Shown: positions 29,820 through 40,560, numbered from the stretch's first letter. The stretch: 64,000 bases of DNA from Candidatus Sungiibacteriota bacterium (GCA_016180435.1 JACPBG010000004.1:134151-198150), one strand, 5' to 3'. Notes: generated by a model from the sequence alone, not told the origin. Numbers and translations are program-made.

Positions 29820-30881
29820 TTGAAAACTATTATCATCGGATTTGTAATCGTGGCATTGTTGGTTTTGGTTGGATCAACCGCGGCTTTAGCGCAGTCAGCT
29901 TTACTGGATTTTAATTTTACGGAACCGCCAATGCATGCAAAATCGTATTCACAGCCGCCTCCAGCAGAAAATCTTCAAACCATTAGGGTGGAAGTTGACC
30001 ATTGCAATTCAGGTGTCGCTCCTTTTTGTTTTGAGTACGTCGTGCAAAATAATGATACCGTGTGGGGTATTGCGAGATTTTTACGCGCCCCCGGGGAGCG
30101 AACCGTTGATATGAAAAACCGAATCGTGGCGATTGAACGCAATCGAGCGCAATTTGAAAAGGTCTCACCGCGATTGAAGAAAATTTCAAACGAACCCGGA
30201 CATTGGATTTTTCCAGGACAGAAAATTATGATTCCGGTCGTGTCGTTGGTGGAAAAACAGGCCGTTGAGGCGGCCGCGAAAAAAGCAGCGAAAGAAGCCG
30301 CTGAAAAACTTGCCGTAGATGCTCGCGCTCGAGAAGCCGAATTTGCATTGAATGCGTTGAAGATTTCTATCACAGTTGTCGTTTTTGCCGTTGTTTTCAT
30401 GTTGATAGCGATTCACCGTAAAGCAAAAAGATATTCGGCGCCGCGCACGCCGGAGGAACGGGCAGCAATGATCAATGATCCGAATTGGAAAATGGGTGAA
30501 CCGAGTGAACCGAAAGATCCGGATAGGAATAAGATAAAACCGTCCACTTGGGATGATTGGATGCCCAAAATGCTGCTCATCGGATTCACATTTTTTGCGT
30601 CCGCGTCCGATGTTCACGCCGGAGAAATCACCAACTTGAATGATCCCGAAAATCCGTTGTTGATCGTCCTTATTATTTTAGTTGCTGTTCGATATCTGTT
30701 TCCATTACTTTTATTCCCATCACTTAATTTTCTCTCGCGCGTTTTATCTTCGAAGACCGAAAACCATGATAAAGAATTATCCCGGAACTCCCGTCCTATC
30801 CGTACGATCAATGACTCAATAACGCATCGTCCCAAAGCTAAGGTCATTCCACTGTTTCAAAATGAGCCGCGGCATAAATAA
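29820..30881 (+). CDS. LysM-domain membrane protein
   Basis: Signal peptide, YVVQNNDTVWGIA...IFPGQKIMIP, several TM segments. Confidence 0.7.
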   Translation: MKTIIIGFVIVALLVLVGSTAALAQSALLDFNFTEPPMHAKSYSQPPPAENLQTIRVEVDHCNSGVAPFCFEYVVQNNDTVWGIARFLRAPGERTVDMKNRIVAIERNRAQFEKVSPRLKKISNEPGHWIFPGQKIMIPVVSLVEKQAVEAAAKKAAKEAAEKLAVDARAREAEFALNALKISITVVVFAVVFMLIAIHRKAKRYSAPRTPEERAAMINDPNWKMGEPSEPKDPDRNKIKPSTWDDWMPKMLLIGFTFFASASDVHAGEITNLNDPENPLLIVLIILVAVRYLFPLLLFPSLNFLSRVLSSKTENHDKELSRNSRPIRTINDSITHRPKAKVIPLFQNEPRHK

Positions 30882-31016
30882 CAAAAGGCAGTCCCCTCCT
30901 TCGACAAGCTCAGGATAAACTACACTCAATGTGCAACACTTAGTGTTTAACATTATTTATCATCAAAAAAACGCGACATCCGAGGATGTCGCGTTACTCG
31001 TTATTAGGATATTATC

Positions 31017-31058
31017 GAAGTCCGACTTCAATAGCGCACTATTGAAGTCGGACTTCGG
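31017..31058. repeat. Near-perfect palindrome (REP-like doublet)
   Basis: CGAAGTCCGACTTCAATAG cgca CTATTGAAGTCGGACTTCG; a half-copy near 39821. Confidence 0.6.
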
Positions 31059-31121
31059 AGTATTGAGTTAGGCCTCCAAAAACTTTAAATAAACCAAGTT
31101 TCCAACCGGAAACTCGGTTTA

Positions 31122-32312
31122 TTACTCTGCGGGTTTGGTTTCGTCTTGAGACGTTTTTTCTTCTGGTTTCTCGAGGCGTATCATACCTAGTGAAATCTTG
31201 TGCTCTTTTGGGTCGGTGAAAAGTATTTTAAATTGATAATTTTTTCCGAGTTCCAGGGTTTTACGCATATTCGTTTCTGTTCCGAATTCGGAAATGTGTA
31301 CGAGTCCTTGAATGCCTTCGTTAAGTTCGGCAAACGCCCCGAACGGATTGAATTTGGTTATTTTGGCATCCACGGTATCTCCCTTTTTGTATTTTTCCGC
31401 GGTTTCAGCCCACGGATCGGGTTTGAGCGCTTTTAGCGAAAGAGAAATTTTCCCCCCCTGCATATCAATGATTTTGGCTGATGCCCGATCGCCGGGTTTC
31501 AAAACTGAACGCGGGTCCTCGATCAGGGTCCAGCCGATTTCGGAAATGTGTATAAGTCCCTCCAGACCGGTTTCGTCGAATTTCATGAAAGCCCCGAAAT
31601 CTACCACGCCGGTTATTTCTCCTTCAACCGCGTCCCCCACTTTGTATTTGGCAAGAGCAGTGCGATGCGCTTCTTCCTCCTGTCCCCGTTCGGAGAAAAT
31701 CAGTTTATTTTCTTTGGAGTCAACGTCTATTATTTTTACTTTAAGTACAGTGCCGACTAATTTTTGCAGTTCCTGCAAAATTTTTTCTTTTTCTCCGCCT
31801 TCTACGCGCGGATAGTGCGCCGTCGCGAGCTGGGAGGTGGGCAGAAATCCTTTAACGCCCTGCAGTTCCAAAATCACTCCTCCGCGGTTGGCCTCCTGCA
31901 CCGGAACATCCAGCAGGGCCCCCTCATGCATTAGGCGTAATAATTCCAGCCATTTGCGGTCCTCCCCGGCTTCGCGCAGCGAAAGTTCACGATAACCTTC
32001 TTCGTTATCAAGCGATGTGATCTTTACGCTTACCGTGTCTCCGGCTTTTAGCGCTCGCGCTGTTTCCCCGGCTGCATAAAATTCCCGTCCGTAAATTACT
32101 CCGTTCCCGAAGGATTCTAAGTCCACGAAAATCCGAGGCCCTTTTCGTTCCAAAACAAGGCCGTCAACAATGTCTCCGATTTTGGGGAGCGCTGATGACA
32201 AAGCGGAGCCGTTTTTAAGCACCTGCTCCATGGGATGATAGGGCTTTAATTTGGGCGGAGCGTTTTCTTCAATAGTATCTTCTGTCGGGGCGTTTTTTGG
32301 TTTGACAATCAT
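31122..32312 (-). CDS. rpsA: 30S ribosomal protein S1 (short, four S1 domains)
   Basis: Motifs GFLP.SQL, VDFGAF, EGLIHISEI, SLSLK.L..DPW, FGAF..L..GIQGLVHISE. Start uncertain (32312 or 32330). Confidence 0.9.
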   Translation of the reverse strand: MIVKPKNAPTEDTIEENAPPKLKPYHPMEQVLKNGSALSSALPKIGDIVDGLVLERKGPRIFVDLESFGNGVIYGREFYAAGETARALKAGDTVSVKITSLDNEEGYRELSLREAGEDRKWLELLRLMHEGALLDVPVQEANRGGVILELQGVKGFLPTSQLATAHYPRVEGGEKEKILQELQKLVGTVLKVKIIDVDSKENKLIFSERGQEEEAHRTALAKYKVGDAVEGEITGVVDFGAFMKFDETGLEGLIHISEIGWTLIEDPRSVLKPGDRASAKIIDMQGGKISLSLKALKPDPWAETAEKYKKGDTVDAKITKFNPFGAFAELNEGIQGLVHISEFGTETNMRKTLELGKNYQFKILFTDPKEHKISLGMIRLEKPEEKTSQDETKPAE

Positions 32313-32536
32313 GTTATTCACAATTTTCATATCATATAGGGTATAAACGCATTTGGCAAGCGGGGGAAAGCATGATATGCTAAATAAATAAATTGTTCTA
32401 ATTAACCTAATTATTCTAATCAATGGCGAATGACTGAATTTCCGATTACTAAAGGATTTTTTAAATTTTGCCATTAAGAAATTGGGATTTGATTAGGTCA
32501 ATTAGAATAATTAGAAATTAGAATAATTTAAACCAT

Positions 32537-33181
32537 ATGGTTATAAATTGGCTCGGCCAGGCATGTTTCAAAATTCAATCCGGGGAATTCGTAATGGTGA
32601 TTGATCCGTTTTCCAAAGAGATCGGATTCGTTCCGCCCCGCTTTCGCGCGGATGCGGTTTTGGTTACCCATGCGCATTTTGACCATTCAAACTCCGACAG
32701 TTTGACCGGTGATCCGTTTATTATTTCCGGACCAGGAGAATACGAGGTGAAAGGAATTTATGTTGAGGGGATCGAAACGTTTCATGACGCATCCCGTGGT
32801 AAAGAGCGCGGCATGAATACGGTTTATCGTATTGAATTGGAGGGATTGCGTTTAGCGCATTTGGGGGATTTTGGCGAGAGTGCCATGCGGGATGAGACGG
32901 TAGAGGCGTTGGGAGATATTGATATTTTAATGCTGCCGGTGGGCGGGCGTTTTACAGTTGATGCCGATGCCGCAGCTAAAGTGGTGAAACAAATTGAACC
33001 GCGTTATGTAATTCCCATGCATTTTAAAATTCCGGGGCTTAAAATTAATCTTGATTCCGCAGATGCGTTTTTGAAAGAGATGGGCGCGGCCAAGATAGAG
33101 GCGCAGGAAAAATTCGTCATTAAGAAAAAAGACATCGGGGAGGAAGAAAAGACGGAAGTGGTGCTGTTGAAACCGTCGTAG
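32537..33181 (+). CDS. Zn-dependent MBL-fold hydrolase
   Basis: Motifs WLGQACF, IDPF, THAHFDH, HLGD, LPVGG, IPMH. Confidence 0.85.
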   Translation: MVINWLGQACFKIQSGEFVMVIDPFSKEIGFVPPRFRADAVLVTHAHFDHSNSDSLTGDPFIISGPGEYEVKGIYVEGIETFHDASRGKERGMNTVYRIELEGLRLAHLGDFGESAMRDETVEALGDIDILMLPVGGRFTVDADAAAKVVKQIEPRYVIPMHFKIPGLKINLDSADAFLKEMGAAKIEAQEKFVIKKKDIGEEEKTEVVLLKPS

Positions 33182-33393
33182 GGTTTCACAAACACTAATA
33201 GCTCAAACAGTAACGAACCGCCCTGACACCTGAATTGTTTATGGGTTTGGGTTGTAGATGCCCATATGGTTAAAAGGTTTAGTTTAAAGGCAACCAAAAC
33301 TTTTAACCTAAAACCAGACCGGCTTCTAAAACCTACACCCTATAACGGTTTTATTCGCGCTTTTCATGATTTTTTTCATAATCAAACAAACAT

Positions 33394-33876
33394 ATGAAAT
33401 TCATTGTGCGAGTTATTGAAGTAGTCCGGGATTTGCCCGAAGAAGCCCGCCGGCTGATCGCCGGGATAATTTTGGTGATTGCCGCGATATTCATGTTTTT
33501 TTCTTGGGGCGCGTCCACTTCCTCGCGGCTTGCGGATTTGTCAGGCGGAGAAGTTTCACCGGTGTTTGATGTTGGCGGCGGCGTTCGGCCAATCTCTCCG
33601 GAAATCATGGCCGAGCTGCCTTCGGGGGCGCGCGAAGCAGTGGGGCCGCTTGCCGGAATTGCGGAGTCCGTGAAATCCTCCGCAGAATTTTTGTCCAGCC
33701 GCCTTCGTTACGGGCCGCCGCAGGAAAATGGTATCGGTGCCGGCTGGAATTTCGGGCGCATAAAAAATGCCGGACGCGCAATTAAAAATGCGGCCTCGAT
33801 TGTCGCCGGCGAATTTTCCGAGAGAACATATAATTTATTAAAACCGTTTTTGTCCGGAGAAGGAGGAGCTTTTTAA
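33394..33876 (+). CDS. Hypothetical single-TM protein
   Basis: 160-aa ORF with an N-terminal hydrophobic helix. Confidence 0.6.
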   Translation: MKFIVRVIEVVRDLPEEARRLIAGIILVIAAIFMFFSWGASTSSRLADLSGGEVSPVFDVGGGVRPISPEIMAELPSGAREAVGPLAGIAESVKSSAEFLSSRLRYGPPQENGIGAGWNFGRIKNAGRAIKNAASIVAGEFSERTYNLLKPFLSGEGGAF

Positions 33877-33996
33877 AGATAAATTTCTAATTGCCTAATT
33901 GTCTAATTTCTAATAAAATGCCCAATAAAGAAATTAGGAATTTAGGCCTTAGAAATTTTATTAGGTGAATTAGAAATTAGGTGAATTTTGAATTTT
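33876..33996. repeat. AT-rich quasi-palindromic element, copy A of 3
   Basis: AAGATAAATTTCTAATTGCCTAATTGTCTAATTTCTAAT...ATTAGGTGAATTAGAAATTAGGTGAATTT; near-identical to 38642-38762 and 45820-45940. Confidence 0.85.
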
Positions 33997-34001
33997 TATT
34001 C

Positions 34002-36479
34002 ATGTCAGATATCGGTAAAGTCCAACAAAGAGAAATAGTGGAAGAAATGAGAGAATCGTATCTCGATTATGCGATGTCGGTTATTGTGGCGCGCGCTCTT
34101 CCGGATGTGCGGGACGGCTTAAAACCCGTGCACCGCCGAATTTTGTATTCCATGCACGATATGGGCCTTACCCATGCGGTTAAATTCCGCAAATCCGCGG
34201 CGATTGTCGGCGACTGCCTCGGCAAATATCATCCGCACGGTGATATTGCGGTATATGATACTCTAGTGCGGCTTGCGCAGGATTTTTCGCTCCGTTATCC
34301 GCTGATTGACGGCCAGGGGAATTTCGGGTCAATTGACGGCGATTCCGCGGCAGCGATGCGTTACACGGAGGCAAGAATGACACGTATTGGCGAGGAGCTT
34401 TTGCGCGATATTGAAAAAGAAACGGTTGATTTTCGGCCCAATTACGATGGCACGCGCGAGGAGCCGATAGTGCTGCCTGCTTCAATTCCTAATCTTATTT
34501 TAAACGGCACGATCGGAATTGCAGTCGGCATGGCGACCAACATTCCCCCGCATAATATGACGGAGGTGGTGGATGCGCTTATCCATCTTATTAACCATCC
34601 CAGAGCCACGAACGACGACTTGATGGAATTTGTAAAAGGACCGGATTTTCCGACCGGTGGAATTATTTTTGACGAGAAAGAAATCCGCACTACTTATGCC
34701 TCGGGAAAAGGCGCGATTTTAAACCGCGGAGTTGCCGAAATTACGGAGGATGCCAAAGGACGAGCGCAAATAGTTGTTACCGAAATACCGTATCAGGTCA
34801 ACAAAGCCGAGCTTATTGAAACTATTGCCAACATGGCGACCGAGAAACGGCTGGAGGGCATTCGCGATATCCGGGATGAATCGGACAAAGACGGACTGCG
34901 TATTGTGATTGAATTGAAACAGGACGCCCACCCGCAAAAAGTGCTTAACAATCTTTATCAGCACACCGATCTGGAAAAAAGTTTTCACTTAAATATGCTC
35001 GCCCTGGTTGACGGGATTCAGCCGCAAGTGATGTCTCTGAAGGGTGTTTTGGAAGAATTTGCGAAGCATCGGGTGGATGTGGTAACGCGCCGCACCAAGT
35101 TCGATTTGGCACGCGCCAAAGAGCGCATCCATATTCTGGAAGGGCTTAAAAAAGCGCTGGATCAGATTGACCGCGTGATTGAGACCATCAAAAAATCCGC
35201 GGATAAAGACGAGGCCCGGGTGAATTTGATGAAAAAATTCGGACTCTCCGAAATCCAGGCCGGGGCGATTTTAGAAATGCGTTTGCAAAGTTTAGCGGGT
35301 CTTGAGCGCCAGAAAATCGAGTCCGAGCTTAAAGATAAGCTTGCCCTGGCGCGATCGTTGGAAGCGTTATTAAAGGATCCGGCCAAAGTGCGTGCGGAAA
35401 TTATAAAAGAACTCGGAGAAATAAAACAAAAATTCGGGGATGAGCGCCGTACGAAAGTCATTAAATCCTCCCCCAGGGAATTTTCCGAAGAGGATTTGAT
35501 TGCGGATGAAGAAGTGGTAGTCATGCTTACGCGCGGCGGATACATAAAGCGCATCAAGCCCGAAAATTACCGGATGCAAAAGCGCGGCGGCAAGGGGCTG
35601 ATCGGCATTGAAACCAAAGAAGAAGACGCCGTGGAGCGATTGCTTACTTGTAATACCCATTCTTCCCTGCTTTTCTTTACCGATTCCGGGAAAATTTACG
35701 AAGTCCGGGCTTATGAGGTTCCGGAGGGATCCAGAACCTCCAAGGGTAAAACGATTTTTAATTTTCTATCAATTGCGCAGGGCGAACGCGTGACCTCAAT
35801 TCTGGCTGTTCCCAAAAAGGATAAGAAGCGCGAGGCATCATCGGGTTTTATCGTAATGGTGACCCAGAATGGTATAATAAAGAAAGTGGAATCATCTGTT
35901 TTTGAGAATGTGCGCCGATCCGGACTTATTGCTATAAACTTGAAAAAAGGCGATGCGCTTGATTTTGCGGAACTTACTGCCGGTTCTGACGAATTAATGC
36001 TTGTTACCAAGCACGGACAAGCCATTCATTTCAAGGAGAAAGATGTGCGTCCCATGGGCCGGCAGGCGGCCGGGGTGCGGGCTATGCGTCTCAAGAAAAA
36101 TGATATGGTCGTGGGCATGAGCGTAGTCAATAACAGGCCTGCCCTGAGTCGAGTCGAAGGGTTACATACAGCGAGTAATCAGAAATTGCTGGTAGTTATG
36201 GATCAAGGATATGGGAAGCATACGCCGGTTAAGCAGTACAAAATTCAGCGCCGCGGCGGCTCGGGCATAAAAACCGCCAAAGTGACGCAAAAAACCGGAT
36301 CGGTTGTCGGAGCATATATTATCGGCGCGCAGGACTCCGAGCTTATCGCGATTTCCCGCAAAGGCCAGGTCATACGCACGGAGTTGTCTTCCATTCCGAC
36401 CCTGGGCCGCGCCACGCAGGGAGTAAGGATTATGAAATTAAATCCCGGAGACGCGGTGGCGTCAATTACCACATTATGA
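34002..36479 (+). CDS. gyrA: DNA gyrase subunit A
   Basis: Motifs [21 protein letters not shown], catalytic AAAMRYTE, GyrA-box QKRGGKG, C-terminal pinwheel repeats. Confidence 0.98.
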   Translation: MSDIGKVQQREIVEEMRESYLDYAMSVIVARALPDVRDGLKPVHRRILYSMHDMGLTHAVKFRKSAAIVGDCLGKYHPHGDIAVYDTLVRLAQDFSLRYPLIDGQGNFGSIDGDSAAAMRYTEARMTRIGEELLRDIEKETVDFRPNYDGTREEPIVLPASIPNLILNGTIGIAVGMATNIPPHNMTEVVDALIHLINHPRATNDDLMEFVKGPDFPTGGIIFDEKEIRTTYASGKGAILNRGVAEITEDAKGRAQIVVTEIPYQVNKAELIETIANMATEKRLEGIRDIRDESDKDGLRIVIELKQDAHPQKVLNNLYQHTDLEKSFHLNMLALVDGIQPQVMSLKGVLEEFAKHRVDVVTRRTKFDLARAKERIHILEGLKKALDQIDRVIETIKKSADKDEARVNLMKKFGLSEIQAGAILEMRLQSLAGLERQKIESELKDKLALARSLEALLKDPAKVRAEIIKELGEIKQKFGDERRTKVIKSSPREFSEEDLIADEEVVVMLTRGGYIKRIKPENYRMQKRGGKGLIGIETKEEDAVERLLTCNTHSSLLFFTDSGKIYEVRAYEVPEGSRTSKGKTIFNFLSIAQGERVTSILAVPKKDKKREASSGFIVMVTQNGIIKKVESSVFENVRRSGLIAINLKKGDALDFAELTAGSDELMLVTKHGQAIHFKEKDVRPMGRQAAGVRAMRLKKNDMVVGMSVVNNRPALSRVEGLHTASNQKLLVVMDQGYGKHTPVKQYKIQRRGGSGIKTAKVTQKTGSVVGAYIIGAQDSELIAISRKGQVIRTELSSIPTLGRATQGVRIMKLNPGDAVASITTL

Positions 36480-36625
36480 TGCCAATCTACAAATCTTATG
36501 CCAATCTACAAATTGCGAATCGGCTTGCGCCGGTATGATGCTAATCTACGAATGATATGCCAATCTACTAATTGCGAATGAACTTAATATTTATTTGGCA
36601 TTAAATTCGCATAGGATTGGCATCA
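36476..36625. repeat. GATGCCAATC-family inverted-repeat element (4 copies)
   Basis: TGATGCCAATC...TTGCGAAT...ATTCGCA...GATTGGCATCA; other copies near 37190-37292, 39988-40085 and 40413-40514. Confidence 0.8.
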
Positions 36626-36630
36626 CATCA

Positions 36631-37185
36631 ATGGATGGATTCATAAAAGGCACTGGTTTTCTTTCTCCCGAACAGGTGGTTCGGCAATTCGGGCTGGAAA
36701 AAGGCGATCATGTTGCTGATTTTGGCTCGGGGCACGGGTATTTAACCATTCCTATGGCGCGGATCGTGGGCGGCGACGGAAAAATTTTCGCGCTGGATAT
36801 CCAAAAAAACTCGCTGGACATAATACGTTCCAAGGCGCGGCTGGAGCATCTTTTGAATATTGAGACGGTCCGGGCCGATTTGGAGGAGCCGCGCGGCTCG
36901 CATATCAAGGCCGGATACATAAATTTCGCGGTTATTTCAAATATTTTATTTCAGGTGGAAAATAAAATTGCGCTTTTTGAGGAGGCCTATAGGATTCTTC
37001 ATCGGGGAGGAAAATTGGCGGTGATTGAATGGGAAGGATCTCTGCAAAGCTCGCTCGGTCCGCCGCTTGAATTGAGAATTGCAAAAGACGAAGCATCGCG
37101 CTTGGCCTCTGAAGCCGGATTTAAATTGATAAGCGAATTTGACGGAGGAACACACCACTACGGATTACTTTTTATAAAAAAATAA
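36631..37185 (+). CDS. Class I SAM-dependent methyltransferase
   Basis: Motifs VADFGSGHG, IFALDIQ, ADLE, EAYRIL..GG.L.VIEW. Confidence 0.88.
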   Translation: MDGFIKGTGFLSPEQVVRQFGLEKGDHVADFGSGHGYLTIPMARIVGGDGKIFALDIQKNSLDIIRSKARLEHLLNIETVRADLEEPRGSHIKAGYINFAVISNILFQVENKIALFEEAYRILHRGGKLAVIEWEGSLQSSLGPPLELRIAKDEASRLASEAGFKLISEFDGGTHHYGLLFIKK

Positions 37186-37309
37186 AACAGTGATGCCAAT
37201 CCTATGCAAATTTAATGCCAATTTAGCGAATTGCGAATATTCACATAATTAGCAATTTGTAGATTGGCATAAGATTTGTAGATTTGCATCATAATGTGCG
37301 AAGCACGAA

Positions 37310-38617
37310 ATGTCTGATCAAAAAACTTTAGTTTACGGCGTATTGGGAGTTGTAGGACTTATCGTAATCCTTCTGGTTTTCGGATTTTTATTCGGCCGGG
37401 AGTCAGGCGGACCTCCGGCGGCTGACCTTCAATTTTGGGGTTTCGGGGATGATTCTGACGTCTGGCGCGATATAATTTCCGGTTACGCCGAAAAATACAG
37501 CGGCTCTTCCGTAACCTATACGCGCCTGAATGATCAAATCTACGAAGATACGATTATAAATCGTCTGGCGGCAGGCGAGGGCCCGGATATTTTCATGCTT
37601 AAAAATACCGCGGTGGTAAAGCACGCGGATAAAATTGTTCCTTTGCCGCAGGATTATTTCCAATTTTTCATAAAGGATTTTAAGCGCACATTCGCGGACA
37701 TAGCGGCCGATGATCTGATTTCCGGTCCGCAAAACGCTTTTTTGCGGTCAGAAAGCGAGCAGATTGTCGGAATCCCCCTTTACGTAGATGCTCTTGTTAT
37801 GTTTTATCATAAAGATCTTTTTAACAGTTCGGGTATTGCAACGCCTCCGGCAACTTGGGATGACGTGATTGAGGCGTCAAAACGCGTGACAAAATTATCG
37901 TTGGGTGGCGGAATTGAACGCTCCGGCGCCACGCTCGGCACATATGCCAATGTGGAGCGGGCATTTGATCTGTTAAGTTCTCTTTTTATGCAGCAGGGTG
38001 TCTCGGTGGTCAATCGCAAAACCAAAGCCGTGGAGTTTGGAGGCGGAGCATCCGGAGTCATGCAGTTTTATACTTCTTTTGCCAACCCGGCCAAGCAGAA
38101 TTATTCCTGGTCCGGCCGTATGCCCAATTCCTTTGAAGCCCTGGCGCGCGGAGAGGCGTCCATGGCTTTTGGCACGGCCAGCGACTGGCAGAGAGTTCTG
38201 GCTAAAAATCCGCATCTGCGCCTGGGGGTTGCGCTTCTCCCCCAGCGCAAGGGCTCCGCGGTTCCGGTGACCCAGGGAGAATATGCGGTTTTGGCGGTAT
38301 CGCGTCTTTCCCGGAATCCGGAGGCCGCCTGGAATTTTATACGCTACGCGACCGAAGCCGGGCAGTCGGAAAAATATCTTGCCAAAACCCAACGCGCTCC
38401 GGCGCGGCGCGATCTGATCGCCAAAGGAACATCTTCCGAGGAACTTGACGTATTTTATCGTTCAGCCCTTATAGCCAAAAGCTGGCCGGTGCCGGACGAA
38501 AAGAGGACTAAACTTATTTTTCAGGACGCGGTAGAATCCATATTGAGTGGCGCATCCGACCCGTCCCACGCCGCGCAAAACCTATCCCAACAATTGCAGT
38601 TGCTGATATCGAAATAG
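37310..38617 (+). CDS. Extracellular solute-binding protein (family 1-like), TM-anchored
   Basis: N-terminal TM helix; motifs LQFWG, LAAGEGPDIF, GIPLYVD.L.MFY.KDLF, PPATWDD. Confidence 0.85.
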   Translation: MSDQKTLVYGVLGVVGLIVILLVFGFLFGRESGGPPAADLQFWGFGDDSDVWRDIISGYAEKYSGSSVTYTRLNDQIYEDTIINRLAAGEGPDIFMLKNTAVVKHADKIVPLPQDYFQFFIKDFKRTFADIAADDLISGPQNAFLRSESEQIVGIPLYVDALVMFYHKDLFNSSGIATPPATWDDVIEASKRVTKLSLGGGIERSGATLGTYANVERAFDLLSSLFMQQGVSVVNRKTKAVEFGGGASGVMQFYTSFANPAKQNYSWSGRMPNSFEALARGEASMAFGTASDWQRVLAKNPHLRLGVALLPQRKGSAVPVTQGEYAVLAVSRLSRNPEAAWNFIRYATEAGQSEKYLAKTQRAPARRDLIAKGTSSEELDVFYRSALIAKSWPVPDEKRTKLIFQDAVESILSGASDPSHAAQNLSQQLQLLISK

Positions 38618-38641
38618 GTTAAAAAACGCACAAAATCCATT

Positions 38642-38762
38642 AAGATAAATTTCTAATTGCCTAATTGTCTAATTTCTAATAAAATGCCCAATAAAGAAAT
38701 TAGGAATTTAGGCCTTAGAAATTTTATTAGGTGAATTAGGAATTAGGTGAATTTTGAATTTT
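38642..38762. repeat. AT-rich quasi-palindromic element, copy B
   Basis: Near-identical to 33876-33996. Confidence 0.85.
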
Positions 38763-38771
38763 AGAGAATCT

Positions 38772-39812
38772 ATGTTTCTCAAAACATTTTTTGTCATATT
38801 CGCCCTGATTTTATTGGTATTCTTGCCTATTTTTGCGGATGCCGCTTTAGTCCCGGAATGTACTGGGATTAAAAAAGGCGGGGCTACTGATGGCTCGGAT
38901 GATGTTCAGGTCTCTGGATATTGCACTATTTGCGATCTTTTTGTCCTTATCCAAAATATCCTGAAATTTATCTGGATTTATATTGCTTTTCCCTTGGCTG
39001 CTCTAATGTTGGTCTACGGCGGATTTATGATGCTGGTTCCGGGCGTTTCGGGCGAAAAGGGCGCGGCCTCTTTTTCCAAAGGCCGAAAGATAATTTTTAA
39101 CACTCTTATCGGGATTACCATAGTGTTTCTGGCGTGGCTCGGCATAGATACAATTATGAAAACCGTATCTTATAATAGCGGCGGCGAGTTCGGATGGTGG
39201 AATGAAATTAAATGCATTTCCGCGCCGATTACGTTTGGAGGCGGCGGAGGCGGCGGAGGCGGAGGAGGCGGAGGAGGTGGAGGCGGAGGAGGTGGAGGAG
39301 GAGGGGGCGGAGGAGGCGGAGGGGGTGGAGGACTTGGCGGTGGTCAAACCTGCAGTGGATGCGTTAAAACCGGAAATTTTCTTTTGGGTCCAAAGCCCTG
39401 TGAGGGAGCTGCATCTGGACAAATTTGTCAAGTTAATAGTGCTCTTAATGATAAGTTGGCTACTTTAAATAATTCTATTTTTGGTGAGAAGGGTTCTGGA
39501 TTTATGGTGGTTACGGAAACATGGCCGCCCGTTGGCTATTCCCCAACTAAACCCAACGGGATTCATGCGGATTCTTGTCATGGAGCGGCAACCTGTGTAG
39601 ATATGAGATGCGGATCGGGAAGTGCCGCGGATGTAAACTATTGCATTCAAAAAACACAAACAGCCGGACTTAACCCATGTTATGAAGTAAAACCGGGCGA
39701 TAAAAAGAAATTTGTTGATGCGGGCGTGCCATCTAATAGAGTAGCGGAGGTTTCGAGAATTACCGGCCCGCATTTTTCCGTATACCTTGATTCTGCGCAC
39801 GGATGTCCATAA
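38772..39812 (+). CDS. Pilin-like protein with poly-Gly linker and Cys-rich C-terminal domain
   Basis: Signal peptide, LVP.C...C.ICD, two TM helices, a run of about 30 Gly, then VTE.WPP...H...CH....CVD...GPHF. Confidence 0.75.
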   Translation: MFLKTFFVIFALILLVFLPIFADAALVPECTGIKKGGATDGSDDVQVSGYCTICDLFVLIQNILKFIWIYIAFPLAALMLVYGGFMMLVPGVSGEKGAASFSKGRKIIFNTLIGITIVFLAWLGIDTIMKTVSYNSGGEFGWWNEIKCISAPITFGGGGGGGGGGGGGGGGGGGGGGGGGGGGGGGGLGGGQTCSGCVKTGNFLLGPKPCEGAASGQICQVNSALNDKLATLNNSIFGEKGSGFMVVTETWPPVGYSPTKPNGIHADSCHGAATCVDMRCGSGSAADVNYCIQKTQTAGLNPCYEVKPGDKKKFVDAGVPSNRVAEVSRITGPHFSVYLDSAHGCP

Positions 39813-40082
39813 TTTCTGTTCGAAGTCCGACTTTAAACACCCCCGTCTATCTTGTTGAAAAGTCCATTTGTTCTAAATATCTCGGCATTATATCATTGAA
39901 CCATGGACTACATAACCTCCGCATTCGTCATATATGTGATGTGTTTTTACATAGTGACGGATGAATTGACGTTGCTGGATTAAGCAGTGATGCCAATCCT
40001 ATGCGAATTTAATGCCAATCTGGCGAATTGCGAATAAATATTAAGTTCATTCGCAATTAGTAGATTGGCATATCATTCGTAG

Positions 40083-40409
40083 ATTAGTTCGGCTATACTT
40101 CTGGTATCAGCTCCTTTTGTCTTGGCCAATTGCCATTCGGGCGGTTTTATCCCCAATCCCATAGCATATTGTGATTTTCCCTCGCTTTTACTGGCTATTA
40201 CCACAGCTGTACGGAATATCGGGATGGTTTTTGCGGTTCTGGCCATTGTGATTATCGGGTTTAAGTTTATCCAGGCATCGGCCGCCGGGAATGAAGGAGG
40301 AATAAAAGAGGCGCGTAAATATTTCTGGTGGGTAGTTATCGGTACTGCGATAGTGGTAGGCGCGTCGGTGATCGCCGAGGCAGTGATCAATTTTGTAAAA
40401 GGGATTTAA
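40083..40409 (+). CDS. TrbC/VirB2-like pilin 1 (start unclear; repeat abuts the 5' end)
   Basis: Motif IPNPI...GFKFI.A..AGN....KEA.....W.VIG.AIV.GA. An in-frame TAG at 40080-82 lies inside the repeat. Confidence 0.7.
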   Translation: MSSAILLVSAPFVLANCHSGGFIPNPIAYCDFPSLLLAITTAVRNIGMVFAVLAIVIIGFKFIQASAAGNEGGIKEARKYFWWVVIGTAIVVGASVIAEAVINFVKGI

Positions 40410-40560
40410 ATATGATGCCAATCCTATGCGAATTTAATGCCAATCTACCAATTGCGAATATTCGCATAATTCGCAATTTGCCAAATTAGCATTTCATTTG
40501 TAGATTGGCATCATTGCTTAAAAAGGTCGAATCTGAACAAATTTAATATTTCATATTAAT

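Noticed and set aside
36476-40514. Repeats that might be a CRISPR array
   Set aside because: They are inverted, irregular and separated by whole genes. There is no constant repeat-spacer period and no cas gene.
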